A stretch of DNA of 64,000 nucleotides, from NCBI GenBank assembly GCA_903876765.1, contig CAIRBH010000006.1:38412-102411 (forward strand), given 5' to 3'. Each line of letters begins with the position of its first letter. Position 1 is the stretch's first letter. Position numbers and translations under genes: made by a program. Below, piece after piece: positions 1-9,823 of this stretch. Below the pieces are notes generated by a model that saw only the letters and a list, made by a program, of their open reading frames with translations, was not told the DNA's origin and ran no database searches. This DNA is from an uncultured Pseudomonadota bacterium. Lineage in GTDB: Bacteria; Pseudomonadota; Gammaproteobacteria; Burkholderiales; Methylophilaceae.

Positions 1-72
1 GACCGAAATTGTAATGAAAATCTCACTGTTTTGTTGTAATGTAGAAAATATCGTAGCAAATCCACTGAACAT
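1..72 (-). CDS. 5' end of an unidentified gene running off the left edge (MFSGFATIFSTLQQNSEIFITISV...)
   Basis: Hand translation of the minus strand from ATG at 72 gives 24 stop-free codons. It is preceded by AAGGATTATC, resembling the rpmA RBS (AAGGATTAAATC). Not in the ORF track; too short to assign function. Confidence 0.5.
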   Translation of the reverse strand, partial: MFSGFATIFSTLQQNSEIFITISV

Positions 73-310
73 GATAATCCTTGAAAACTAGGTAATTAAG
101 ATACGGATAATAGATAATTTTTAAGCTAAACGCATCATCGCACCGTTAAATGTTTGTGGCAACTGGTGCTGGGTTAAATTGATTTTTATGAATAGCTTGA
201 AGCTATAAAAAATAGGCTGGCTACTTGAAAATAGTCAATTCAGCCGCAAATAGCGACTATATATTTAATTGCAACAAGATATAATGCCCAAAACAAGTAA
301 GCGGAAAAAA

Positions 311-679
311 ATGACAGACACAAATCAACAACAATCCATTGAGTTTTTAGCAACTGAACTTAACCGCCCAGAATGGGAAGAAGCTGTGGTATGCCGTGTC
401 GAGGTGGATTTGCCAGCTTGGTTAGCCAAGCTAGCAGGCGGTCGTGATTGGGAAGTTTACGCCGAAGCGGAAGAGGAAAACTGCATCAGCTTTGCTATGC
501 GTCAAAGCTCAGTGCCCAACCCCAAACTTGCTGAAGTGACTTTGTATCATAATGGTTATGCAGTTGTGGACGTGGATGGTCGGTTTCTGTTTGATGGTTC
601 ACTGACCTCAGGGGCCAGTGATTGTGCGCATTTGACTTATTACCACGCTGACAGCGGCGAGAAAATAACTTTAAATTAG
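311..679 (+). CDS. Hypothetical acidic cytoplasmic protein (~122 aa)
   Basis: ORF 269..679; ATG at 311 has a GGA RBS-like element 5 nt upstream (alternative ATG at 284). Protein-like composition, no motif recognised. Confidence 0.7.
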   Translation: MTDTNQQQSIEFLATELNRPEWEEAVVCRVEVDLPAWLAKLAGGRDWEVYAEAEEENCISFAMRQSSVPNPKLAEVTLYHNGYAVVDVDGRFLFDGSLTSGASDCAHLTYYHADSGEKITLN

Positions 680-713
680 CCCGTAGCCCATTCGCTGGCA
701 AGCTTGCTGGTAA

Positions 714-1730
714 TTAATAATTTCTTGAAGCGGCAAATCTTGCCAAGGTCAACATAGCTTGCTTGTAAGCAGATTCGCCGAAGTGGGCAATAGCGGCGCA
801 GGCTAATTGGGCTTCAGCTGCGGCAAGTTCTCTTACATGACTGAGCGCACCAGTTCGTTCAACTACACTTAATATGATGGATAAATCGTCTAATCCGCCA
901 TGCTCAATCGCGCGTTTTATGACCTCTGCTTCAGCAGCAGTGCCGTGTTGCATGGCGTATATTAGCGGCAAAGTGGGTTTACCCTCGTTTAAATCGTCGC
1001 CCAAGTTTTTGCCAATTTCGTTGGCATTGCCACTTAAATCTAATACATCGTCAATCAGCTGAAACGCTGTGCCTACATGCTTGCCATATTGACTTAAAGC
1101 GTCCTCATCAGCTGGGCTGGCGTCGCTCAGAATGGCTCCTAGCCTAGTTGCAGCCTCAAACAATTTGGCGGTTTTGTAGTGTATGACTTGTAGATATGCT
1201 TCATCGCTAATATCTGCATTATGCACATTGAGTAATTGCAAAACCTCACCTTCAGCGATGACATTAGTAGCGTTACTAAGCACCTCCATGACGCGCATAT
1301 TTTGCACAGCCACCATCATTTGAAAGGCGCGTGAATAGACGAAATCACCAACTAATACGCTGGCAGCATTGCCAAATAAGGCGTTAGCGGTATTCTGACC
1401 GCGCCGTTTGGCGGACTCATCCACCACGTCATCATGCAATAATGTGGCGGTATGTATAAATTCGACAACCGCAGCCAGTTGGTGATGTTGCGCTTTAATG
1501 TTGCCAAACAAGCCCGCAGATAGCAACACCAGTATTGGCCGCAAACGCTTGCCACCACTATTAATAATGTAATGGGCTACTTGATTGATCAGAACAACGT
1601 CTGAGTGCAATGAATGCTGAATAACGGCATTCACTGCCGCAATATCTGTTAGGATGCAAGCCTGTATGCTATCTATAGGCGTAGATTTAGTCAGATCGCT
1701 ACTTGGTGTATTCATGTTTGCTTTAGCCAT
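714..1730 (-). CDS. ispB: Octaprenyl/polyprenyl diphosphate synthase
   Basis: GGKRLRP, first Asp-rich motif LLHDDVVD, second motif FQLIDDVLD, GKNLGDDL; divergent from rplU as usual. Start may be 1715. Confidence 0.95.
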   Translation of the reverse strand: MAKANMNTPSSDLTKSTPIDSIQACILTDIAAVNAVIQHSLHSDVVLINQVAHYIINSGGKRLRPILVLLSAGLFGNIKAQHHQLAAVVEFIHTATLLHDDVVDESAKRRGQNTANALFGNAASVLVGDFVYSRAFQMMVAVQNMRVMEVLSNATNVIAEGEVLQLLNVHNADISDEAYLQVIHYKTAKLFEAATRLGAILSDASPADEDALSQYGKHVGTAFQLIDDVLDLSGNANEIGKNLGDDLNEGKPTLPLIYAMQHGTAAEAEVIKRAIEHGGLDDLSIILSVVERTGALSHVRELAAAEAQLACAAIAHFGESAYKQAMLTLARFAASRNY

Positions 1731-1888
1731 AGTAAGCCGTGAAAGTTGATTGCTAATCTTAACACAGACCGCTTTTGAAACAGTCAGCTTTTGTTTATGT
1801 TGAGGCTGGTGATAAGTGCATTAAATAGCTAAAGGCATGATGAATTCACAGCAGTACGATAATTTTTGCTTGGTACTGCGATTATGGT

Positions 1889-1916
1889 TTGCTTTGCTAC
1901 ATTATTTGCGTATAAT
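1889..1916 (+). promoter_or_regulatory. Putative sigma70 promoter of rplU-rpmA
   Basis: TTGCTT (1889-1894), 16 nt spacer, TATAAT (1911-1916), 37 nt before the rplU ATG. Confidence 0.5.
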
Positions 1917-1953
1917 GCCGAGTTCTTTAGAAAGCGTAATTTAAGGCTCAATC

Positions 1954-2319
1954 ATGTATGCTGTAATCAAAACTGGTGGTAAGCAATATCGCGTCATAGC
2001 TGGCGAAAGATTAAAAGTTGAAAAATTAGAAGTTGAAGTTGGCGGCACTGTGACGCTAGATCAAATTTTAATGGTTTCAGATGGCACGACGACAACCATA
2101 GGCTCACCCATTATTAATGGCGCAACGGTTAAAGCTACCGTGCTTTCGCATGGTCGTGGCGATAAAGTCATGATTTTCAAATTCCGTCGCCGTAAACATT
2201 ATCGTAAAACACAAGGCCATCGCCAAAGTTTTACTGAAATTCAAATTGGTGAAATATTGGCTGCAGGTCAAGCTGCAGCAAAACCAGCAAAAGCGAAAGT
2301 CGCTAAAGCTGCTGAATAA
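1954..2319 (+). CDS. rplU: 50S ribosomal protein L21 with Ala/Lys-rich C-terminal extension
   Basis: [14 protein letters not shown]...[16 protein letters not shown] signature; 121 aa. Confidence 0.99.
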   Translation: MYAVIKTGGKQYRVIAGERLKVEKLEVEVGGTVTLDQILMVSDGTTTTIGSPIINGATVKATVLSHGRGDKVMIFKFRRRKHYRKTQGHRQSFTEIQIGEILAAGQAAAKPAKAKVAKAAE

Positions 2320-2352
2320 TCAAAGCAATAAATAAGACTTAAGGATTAAATC

Positions 2353-2613
2353 ATGGCACACAAAAAAGCAGGCGGTAGTTCACGTAACGGTCGCGATTCA
2401 CACTCACAACGACTAGGTGTAAAAGCCTTTGGCGAAACAGTAGTGACAGCAGGCAGCATCATCGTGCGTCAGCGCGGTACAAAAATGCATGCAGGTGACA
2501 ATGTCGGTATGGGTAAAGATCATACTTTGTATGCAAAAGCCGATGGCAAAGTATTTTTTGCTGTTAAAGGTGCATTAAAACGCCACACAGTAAGCATTAT
2601 TGTTGCTGCTTAA
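2353..2613 (+). CDS. rpmA: 50S ribosomal protein L27
   Basis: [16 protein letters not shown]...[11 protein letters not shown]. Confidence 0.99.
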   Translation: MAHKKAGGSSRNGRDSHSQRLGVKAFGETVVTAGSIIVRQRGTKMHAGDNVGMGKDHTLYAKADGKVFFAVKGALKRHTVSIIVAA

Positions 2614-2631
2614 GTTAAAGTAACAATATTC

Positions 2632-2662
2632 AAAGCCTCATCGTTTGATGGGGCTTTTTTAT
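2632..2662 (+). terminator. Rho-independent terminator after rpmA
   Basis: AAAGCCTCATC-GTTT-GATGGGGCTTT stem-loop (one G-U pair) followed by a T run. Confidence 0.8.
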
Positions 2663-2669
2663 TTGGTAA

Positions 2670-3785
<1,116 letters not shown>

Positions 3786-3786
3786 C

Positions 3787-4920
3787 ATGCATACGGCGCA
3801 GTTGAAATCCTTGGTTTTAGACGCAAAAGTGATTGTAGTTAAAGTCGGCTCTAGCTTGGTCACCAATGGTGGCAATGGTTTAGATCAGCTGGCTATCGCC
3901 GCCTGGGCGACACAAATCGCTGCATTAGTGGCTCAGGGTAAGCAAGTGGTATTGGTTTCTAGCGGTGCGGTGGCTGAAGGTATGCAACGCCTTGGGTGGA
4001 AAAAGCGCCCAACCGCAGTCAATGAGTTACAAGCTGCCGCTGCCGTTGGCCAAATGGGCTTGGTGCAAATGTACGAAAGTTGCTTTAGTAAACACCAATT
4101 GCATACAGCTCAGGTGTTACTTACCCATGATGATTTGGCCGATAGAAAGCGCTACCTGAATGCACGTAGTACCTTACGCACATTACTAGATTTAAAAGTC
4201 ATCCCTATTATCAACGAGAACGACACGGTGGTGACAGACGAAATTCGTTTTGGTGATAACGATACTTTGGGCTCATTAGTAGCCAATTTAATCGAGGCCG
4301 ATGTGCTGGTGATTTTAACTGATCAGCAAGGCTTGTATTCGGCAGATCCGCGTAAAGACAGCAATGCTCAATTTATTCAACATGCGATGGCTGGTGATGC
4401 TGCATTAGAGCGCATGGCAGGGGGTGCTGGCAGCGATGTTGGCACTGGCGGTATGCTCACTAAAGTGCTGGCTGCCAAGCGCGCCGCCCGAAGTGGCGCT
4501 CATACTGTGATTGCCTCAGGGCGGGAGCAGGATGTGCTGCTGCGTTTAGCGGCGGGTGAAGTCATAGGGTCGCATTTGCAAACTACAGAAATGAAAACAA
4601 CTGCACGCAAGCAGTGGCTAGCTGACCATTTGCAACTTCGTGGTAAATTAACGCTAGACGCGGGTGCTGTTAGGGTGATTAAACAAGACGGTAAAAGCTT
4701 GTTATCTATTGGCGTGATTGCGGTGGAAGGCAGTTTTGAGCGCGGCGAAGTCGTGGCATGCTGTGATGTCGATGGTGACGAGATTGCCCGTGGCTTAGTT
4801 AATTACTCATCGAATGAAGCGCTGCGCATTATGCGTAAGCCAAGTGCTGAGATTGAACAGATATTAGGTTATGTAGAAGAGTCTGAGCTGATACATAGAG
4901 ATAATTTGGTCTTACTTTAG
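3787..4920 (+). CDS. proB: Glutamate 5-kinase with PUA domain
   Basis: [28 protein letters not shown]; C-terminal PUA domain; follows obgE. Confidence 0.97.
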   Translation: MHTAQLKSLVLDAKVIVVKVGSSLVTNGGNGLDQLAIAAWATQIAALVAQGKQVVLVSSGAVAEGMQRLGWKKRPTAVNELQAAAAVGQMGLVQMYESCFSKHQLHTAQVLLTHDDLADRKRYLNARSTLRTLLDLKVIPIINENDTVVTDEIRFGDNDTLGSLVANLIEADVLVILTDQQGLYSADPRKDSNAQFIQHAMAGDAALERMAGGAGSDVGTGGMLTKVLAAKRAARSGAHTVIASGREQDVLLRLAAGEVIGSHLQTTEMKTTARKQWLADHLQLRGKLTLDAGAVRVIKQDGKSLLSIGVIAVEGSFERGEVVACCDVDGDEIARGLVNYSSNEALRIMRKPSAEIEQILGYVEESELIHRDNLVLL

Positions 4921-4954
4921 CGCCAATACTACAAGTCAAATGTAAGGAATATGC

Positions 4955-5455
4955 ATGAAAAAACAACCATTAGTAGCCATTATTATGGGGTCAGATAGTG
5001 ATTGGCCGATTATGAAAGCCGCCGCGCAAATGCTCGCTGACTTTGATATTGCCTATACGGCGCAGGTCGTTTCAGCACATCGTACCCCTGACTTAATGTT
5101 TAGTTTTGCCGAAAGTGCGGCTAAAAAAGGCTATCAAGTGATTATTGCTGGTGCAGGTGGCGCGGCACACTTGCCTGGTATGGTGGCCGCTAAGACCACC
5201 TTGCCCGTTTTAGGTGTACCAGTGCCATCTAAACATTTGCAAGGGCAAGACTCACTGCTTTCTATCGTACAAATGCCCAAAGGCATACCGGTTGCTACTT
5301 TTGCCATCGGTGATGCTGGTGCGGCCAATGCGGGCTTGTTCGCTGCCTCTATTTTGGCGAATCATGATGCTGGTTTGGCACAGAAATTAGCGGAGTTTCG
5401 TGCAAAACAAACAGATAAAGTTCAGCTCATGGTATTGAGTGATCAACCTCAATAG
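4955..5455 (+). CDS. purE: N5-CAIR mutase
   Basis: [37 protein letters not shown]. Confidence 0.98.
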   Translation: MKKQPLVAIIMGSDSDWPIMKAAAQMLADFDIAYTAQVVSAHRTPDLMFSFAESAAKKGYQVIIAGAGGAAHLPGMVAAKTTLPVLGVPVPSKHLQGQDSLLSIVQMPKGIPVATFAIGDAGAANAGLFAASILANHDAGLAQKLAEFRAKQTDKVQLMVLSDQPQ

Positions 5456-5497
5456 TGTACGTTGTGAGTTAAATATCAATTCAATAGCATTTAATAT

Positions 5498-6676
5498 ATG
5501 AACTATCAGACAACCCATCAAAACATAGCGCAAACCCCAATTATTCTTCCGCCAGCCATGCTAGGCATGCTGGGGGGTGGCCAGTTAGGACGCTTTTTTG
5601 TCATTGCCGCCCATGAAATGGGCTATAAAGTCACGGTGTTAGATCCAGATAGCAATAGCCCCGCGGGTAAAATCGCTGATGTGCATATTTGTGCAGCATT
5701 TGATGATCAGTCTGCCTTATTAAAGCTGGCGAATACTTGCGCGGCCATCAGTACAGAGTTTGAAAATGTACCAGCAGACTCTTTATTATTTTTGGCTGAA
5801 ACTCAACCAGTTAGGCCCAGTGCCTACAGTGTAGCTATTGCACAACATCGCGTCAGCGAAAAAAACTTTCTTAAGCATGCTGGCTTGCCAGTAGCGCCGT
5901 ATGCGGTGATTAACGAAATAGCTGATTTACCCAATGATGATAGTGATATTTACCCTGCTATTTTAAAGGTTGCGCGCTTTGGCTACGATGGCAAAGGGCA
6001 GGCTAGAGTTAAGAATCAGCAGGAAGCGCAATCTGCTTTTATAGCATTTGAGCGTGAAGAATGCGTCCTAGAGAAAATGTTGAAATTGGACTATGAAGTC
6101 TCTGTGGTGCTGGCGCGTGATGCACAAGGTAACTTAGCCACTTTTCCAACTTCAGAGAATAGCCATTTAAATGGCATATTAGACGTTTCAATTGCGCCAG
6201 CCCGCGGCCGAGATGCGGTCAGCCATCAAGCCCAAAAATTAGCAATCTTAGTTGCCGAGAAGTTGAGCTACACTGGTGTATTAGGCGTGGAGTTTTTTGT
6301 ATGTGATGGCGAGTTGCTGGTAAATGAAATGGCGCCACGCCCGCATAACTCCGGCCATTACACTATTGATGCCTGCGTCACCAGTCAATTTGAGCAACAG
6401 GTGCGCGTAATGACTGGTCTGCCTTTAGGCAGTACTAGGCAGCATAGCCCAGCGGTGATGGTTAATTTATTGGGCGATATTTGGCCTGAAGATCTTGCTG
6501 CTGCGCCCGCATGGCAAAAGGCCTTGAATAATCCCCAGCTTAAAATGCACTTGTACGGCAAGCAAGAGGCGCGCCCAGGTCGAAAAATGGGGCATTTTAC
6601 AGTGATTAATGTTAGCCGTGATGAGGCGATTAAACAGGCCATGCAGGTGCGTGCTGATTTAAATATTGGTGATTAA
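5498..6676 (+). CDS. purK: N5-CAIR synthase (ATP-grasp)
   Basis: GGGQLG, EFENVP, FGYDGKGQ, NEMAPRPHNSGH, LYGK...RKMGH. Confidence 0.97.
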   Translation: MNYQTTHQNIAQTPIILPPAMLGMLGGGQLGRFFVIAAHEMGYKVTVLDPDSNSPAGKIADVHICAAFDDQSALLKLANTCAAISTEFENVPADSLLFLAETQPVRPSAYSVAIAQHRVSEKNFLKHAGLPVAPYAVINEIADLPNDDSDIYPAILKVARFGYDGKGQARVKNQQEAQSAFIAFEREECVLEKMLKLDYEVSVVLARDAQGNLATFPTSENSHLNGILDVSIAPARGRDAVSHQAQKLAILVAEKLSYTGVLGVEFFVCDGELLVNEMAPRPHNSGHYTIDACVTSQFEQQVRVMTGLPLGSTRQHSPAVMVNLLGDIWPEDLAAAPAWQKALNNPQLKMHLYGKQEARPGRKMGHFTVINVSRDEAIKQAMQVRADLNIGD

Positions 6677-6701
6677 TGTGTGGGTGAATTAAACTTGCAA
6701 T

Positions 6702-6731
6702 AAAAAAGCCGAACATCAGTTCGGCTTTTTT
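6702..6731. terminator. Bidirectional Rho-independent terminator between convergent purK and rpsT
   Basis: AAAAAAGCCGAAC-ATCA-GTTCGGCTTTTTT perfect 13-bp inverted repeat. Confidence 0.9.
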
Positions 6732-6773
6732 GCTATGTTAGCTGAATATACTTGAAGCTATATTGTTGGCTAA

Positions 6774-7196
6774 CTAGACTGCTTTTTTAGTTTTAGGCGC
6801 TGCTTTTGCTTTAGGTGCGGCTTCTACTTTAGCTTTAGGAGCTGCAGCTTTAGGCGCTGCTTTTGCTTTAGCCTCAGCGACTGGTTTAGCTTTAGGCGCT
6901 GCTGCTTTTTTTGCAACTGGTGCAGCTACTGTGCCAGCCATGGCCTTAATTGCAGCATTTAAGCGGCTTTTATGACGTGAAGCTTTATTTTTGTGAATAA
7001 TGTTTTTATCAGCAATGCGGTCAATCACACTGACGTTTTCGCTATATGCTGCTGCTGCTGCGGTTTTATCGCCAGCTTCTACTGCTTTAATGATTTTTTT
7101 AATCGCGGTGCGCAAAGTAGAACGCAAACTTGCATTGTGAGCGCGTTGCTTAACTGCTTGACGAGCACGTTTTCTTGCTTGTGCGGTATTTGCCAT
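6774..7196 (-). CDS. rpsT: 30S ribosomal protein S20 with 53-aa Ala/Lys/Pro-rich tail
   Basis: [13 protein letters not shown]...[13 protein letters not shown] core; 140 aa total. Confidence 0.98.
   Translation of the reverse strand: MANTAQARKRARQAVKQRAHNASLRSTLRTAIKKIIKAVEAGDKTAAAAAYSENVSVIDRIADKNIIHKNKASRHKSRLNAAIKAMAGTVAAPVAKKAAAPKAKPVAEAKAKAAPKAAAPKAKVEAAPKAKAAPKTKKAV
6790..6935 (-). repeat. Degenerate coding tandem repeats (AAPKAK units) in the rpsT tail
   Basis: TTAGGCGCTGCTTTTGCTTTAG occurs twice (~6793 and ~6850), with related units around it. Confidence 0.8.
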
Positions 7197-7237
7197 CTGA
7201 GATTTTCCTAAAAGCTATTCAAAATACGAAGCCCATA

Positions 7238-7266
7238 ATAATAGCCATTTTATAAAACTATTGCAA
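7238..7266 (-). promoter_or_regulatory. Putative sigma70 promoter of rpsT
   Basis: Minus strand reads TTGCAA, 17 nt, TATTAT. Confidence 0.6.
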
Positions 7267-7316
7267 GTTAAAATGCGCTAAATATCATGGCATTTGCGGC
7301 GAGATAGCGGCTAGCA

Positions 7317-7325
7317 TGTTAAAAT
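7317..7325 (+). promoter_or_regulatory. Putative extended -10 element upstream of murJ
   Basis: TGTTAAAAT (TGn + TAAAAT); an identical 9-mer lies upstream of aroC. Confidence 0.4.
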
Positions 7326-7380
7326 CACTCAATATGTGGTTGGTACATCAATTTTATTGCGGTTTTATTAAAAGCTCTTC

Positions 7381-8925
7381 ATGAATTTACTCAAAGCACT
7401 AGCCAAAGTCGGCAGCATGACTTTTGTCTCTCGTATATTAGGTTTTGTCAGAGATACGCTGATTGCTCGCGTATTTGGTGCGGGGATGTTGAGCGATGCT
7501 TTCATCGTGGCATTTAAAATCCCCAACTTATTACGCAGAGTGTCTGCCGAAGGCGCTTTTAGTCAGGCATTTGTGCCTATATTGGCTGAATATAAAAGCC
7601 AGCGCAGCTTTGACGACACGCATAGCTTAATTAATCGTGTTGCGACTTGGATGGGCATTATTTTAGTTGTGGTGACTTTGCTAGGTATGCTGGCTGCCCC
7701 CGCTATCGTCACCTTAATGGCACCTGGGTTTACGGCAGATCATGCCAAAATGCAGCTAACTATAGAATTACTGCGCATTACTTTTCCGTATATTTTCTTT
7801 ATCTCTCTGGTTTCTATGGCCGGTGGCGTGTTAAATACTTATAACAAGTTCGGCATTCCTGCATTTACGCCAGTTTGGCTAAATGTTTCCATGATAGTTG
7901 CAGTATTGTTTTTTGCCGATTACTTTGCCGAGCCGATTAAAGTGCTGGCTTGGGCGGTGTTTTTTGGCGGCTTTTTACAATTAATTTTTCAGATTCCATT
8001 TTTAAAGCAGATAGGCTTATTGCCAAAATTTGAGCTTAAACGCAATGATGAAGGCGTTTGGCGCATTTTAAAACTGATGGGGCCGGCAGTATTAGGGGTA
8101 TCAGTGGCGCAAATTTCGCTGATTATTAATACAATTTTTGCCTCATTTTTAAAAACGGGTAGCGTCAGTTGGCTGTATTACGCGGATAGGTTGATGGAGT
8201 TTCCGACTGGGGTGCTCGGTGTTGCGTTGGGTACGATATTGCTGCCCAGTTTATCTAAAGCTTACGCCAGCCAAGATAATGCGGAATATTCGCAATTACT
8301 CGATTGGGGCCTACGTTTAACCTTTATTTTAGCAGCGCCAGCGGCGGTTGCTTTGGCAGTGTTGTCAGCGCCTTTAGTGGTGGCTTTATTTCATTATGGC
8401 AAATTCACTGCCATAGATGCACTCATGACACAGCAAGCGCTTATTGCTTATAGTGTGGGCTTGTTGGGTCTAATTTTAGTGAAGATTTTAGCGCCAGGCT
8501 TTTATGCTAGACAAAACATTAAAACGCCGGTCAAGATTGCTGTATTTACCTTATTCACAACCCAATTAATGAATTTAGTATTTGTCTTTGCCTTAGATTT
8601 TAGACATGCTGGATTGGCCTTATCCATAGGTTTAGGGGCCTGTATCAACGCCAGCTTGCTCTATTACCACTTACGAAAAGCTAATATTTACCAATTGCAA
8701 CCAGGTTGGTCAGTCTTTTTACTGAAGCTGGCGCTGGCGCTAGTGGTAATGGCCATTGCGCTTTACTACGCCAAAGGCGATACCAGTGTGTGGCTACACC
8801 TGCACTTAATCAAGCGGCTAATGGCCATTACTGGTTTGGTGATTTTGGGCGCAGTCAGTTATTTTGCTACATTAATGTTGCTAGGCTTTAGACCGCGAGA
8901 TTACATACGTAGGGTGATACATTAA
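7381..8925 (+). CDS. murJ: Lipid II flippase
   Basis: MNLLKAL...[16 protein letters not shown]...[11 protein letters not shown]; many hydrophobic segments; rpsT/murJ/ribF/ileS/lspA order. Confidence 0.97.
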   Translation: MNLLKALAKVGSMTFVSRILGFVRDTLIARVFGAGMLSDAFIVAFKIPNLLRRVSAEGAFSQAFVPILAEYKSQRSFDDTHSLINRVATWMGIILVVVTLLGMLAAPAIVTLMAPGFTADHAKMQLTIELLRITFPYIFFISLVSMAGGVLNTYNKFGIPAFTPVWLNVSMIVAVLFFADYFAEPIKVLAWAVFFGGFLQLIFQIPFLKQIGLLPKFELKRNDEGVWRILKLMGPAVLGVSVAQISLIINTIFASFLKTGSVSWLYYADRLMEFPTGVLGVALGTILLPSLSKAYASQDNAEYSQLLDWGLRLTFILAAPAAVALAVLSAPLVVALFHYGKFTAIDALMTQQALIAYSVGLLGLILVKILAPGFYARQNIKTPVKIAVFTLFTTQLMNLVFVFALDFRHAGLALSIGLGACINASLLYYHLRKANIYQLQPGWSVFLLKLALALVVMAIALYYAKGDTSVWLHLHLIKRLMAITGLVILGAVSYFATLMLLGFRPRDYIRRVIH

Positions 8926-9822
8926 ATGCGTGTTTTTAGGCATTTTCCAAAAACGCTGCAATTGCCGTGCGCGGTTGCCATTGGTAATTTTGATGGCATG
9001 CATTTAGGCCACCAAGCCTTATTAAAAAAATTAGTAGAAACAGCACAAGCTAATCATCTGCGTTCTGCCGTGATGACGTTTGAGCCGCATCCACGTGAAT
9101 TTTTTTCTGCGGCAACCGCGCCTACTAGGCTCAGCTCTTTGCGTGAAAAACTAGAGCATTTTGCCGAAGCAGGGGTAGAAAACACCTATGTGTGCCGCTT
9201 TAATCAAGCTTTTGCTAAACTAAGCCCGCAGCAATTTATGCAAATGATTTTGCAAGATTCATTAAATGCCCAATCTATTTTGGTCGGCGATGATTTTAGA
9301 TTTGGCGCCATGCGAGCAGGCTCGGTGTTAGATTTTACGGCGGCCAAATTTAATCTGGTGAGCTTGCCGCAAGTTGATTTACAAGAGGCTAGAGTGTCTA
9401 GCACGCGGGTAAGGCTGGCCTTAGCGGCGGGTAATTTGCCTGCTGCAACTGAGCTATTAAGGCGTCCTTACAGCATCAGTGGTAAGGTGGTGCACGGGGC
9501 TAAACGTGGCCGAGAATTAGGTTTTCCAACTGCCAATGTGCACATGTGGCATGAACGGCCGGCTTTAACTGGCGTGTATGCGGTAAAATTAGACGGCCTC
9601 AACGCCGTGGCTAATTTAGGTGTGCGACCCACTATTGCAGGCACGGCTAAATTAATGCTAGAAGTCCATGTACTTGATTTTGAAGGTGATTTATACGGCA
9701 AACATGTGCATGTGGAATTTTTACACAAAATACGTGAAGAAATGAAGTTTGCCAGTTTAGATGCGCTAAAAGCGCAAATTAAAAAAGATGTCGCAGTTGC
9801 GAGAGATTTATTTGAGATTTGA
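8926..9822 (+). CDS. ribF: Bifunctional riboflavin kinase/FAD synthetase
   Basis: [43 protein letters not shown]. Confidence 0.97.
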   Translation: MRVFRHFPKTLQLPCAVAIGNFDGMHLGHQALLKKLVETAQANHLRSAVMTFEPHPREFFSAATAPTRLSSLREKLEHFAEAGVENTYVCRFNQAFAKLSPQQFMQMILQDSLNAQSILVGDDFRFGAMRAGSVLDFTAAKFNLVSLPQVDLQEARVSSTRVRLALAAGNLPAATELLRRPYSISGKVVHGAKRGRELGFPTANVHMWHERPALTGVYAVKLDGLNAVANLGVRPTIAGTAKLMLEVHVLDFEGDLYGKHVHVEFLHKIREEMKFASLDALKAQIKKDVAVARDLFEI

Positions 9823-9823
9823 C

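Noticed and set aside
105-123. Fur-box-like GATAATAGATAATTTTT
   Set aside because: Matches only half of the Fur consensus in very AT-rich DNA, and no iron-related gene is identifiable.
9788-9823. ORF-track upstream extensions of ileS, lspA, the SH3 gene, xseB and others
   Set aside because: They overlap the preceding gene; downstream ATGs match the expected protein starts.
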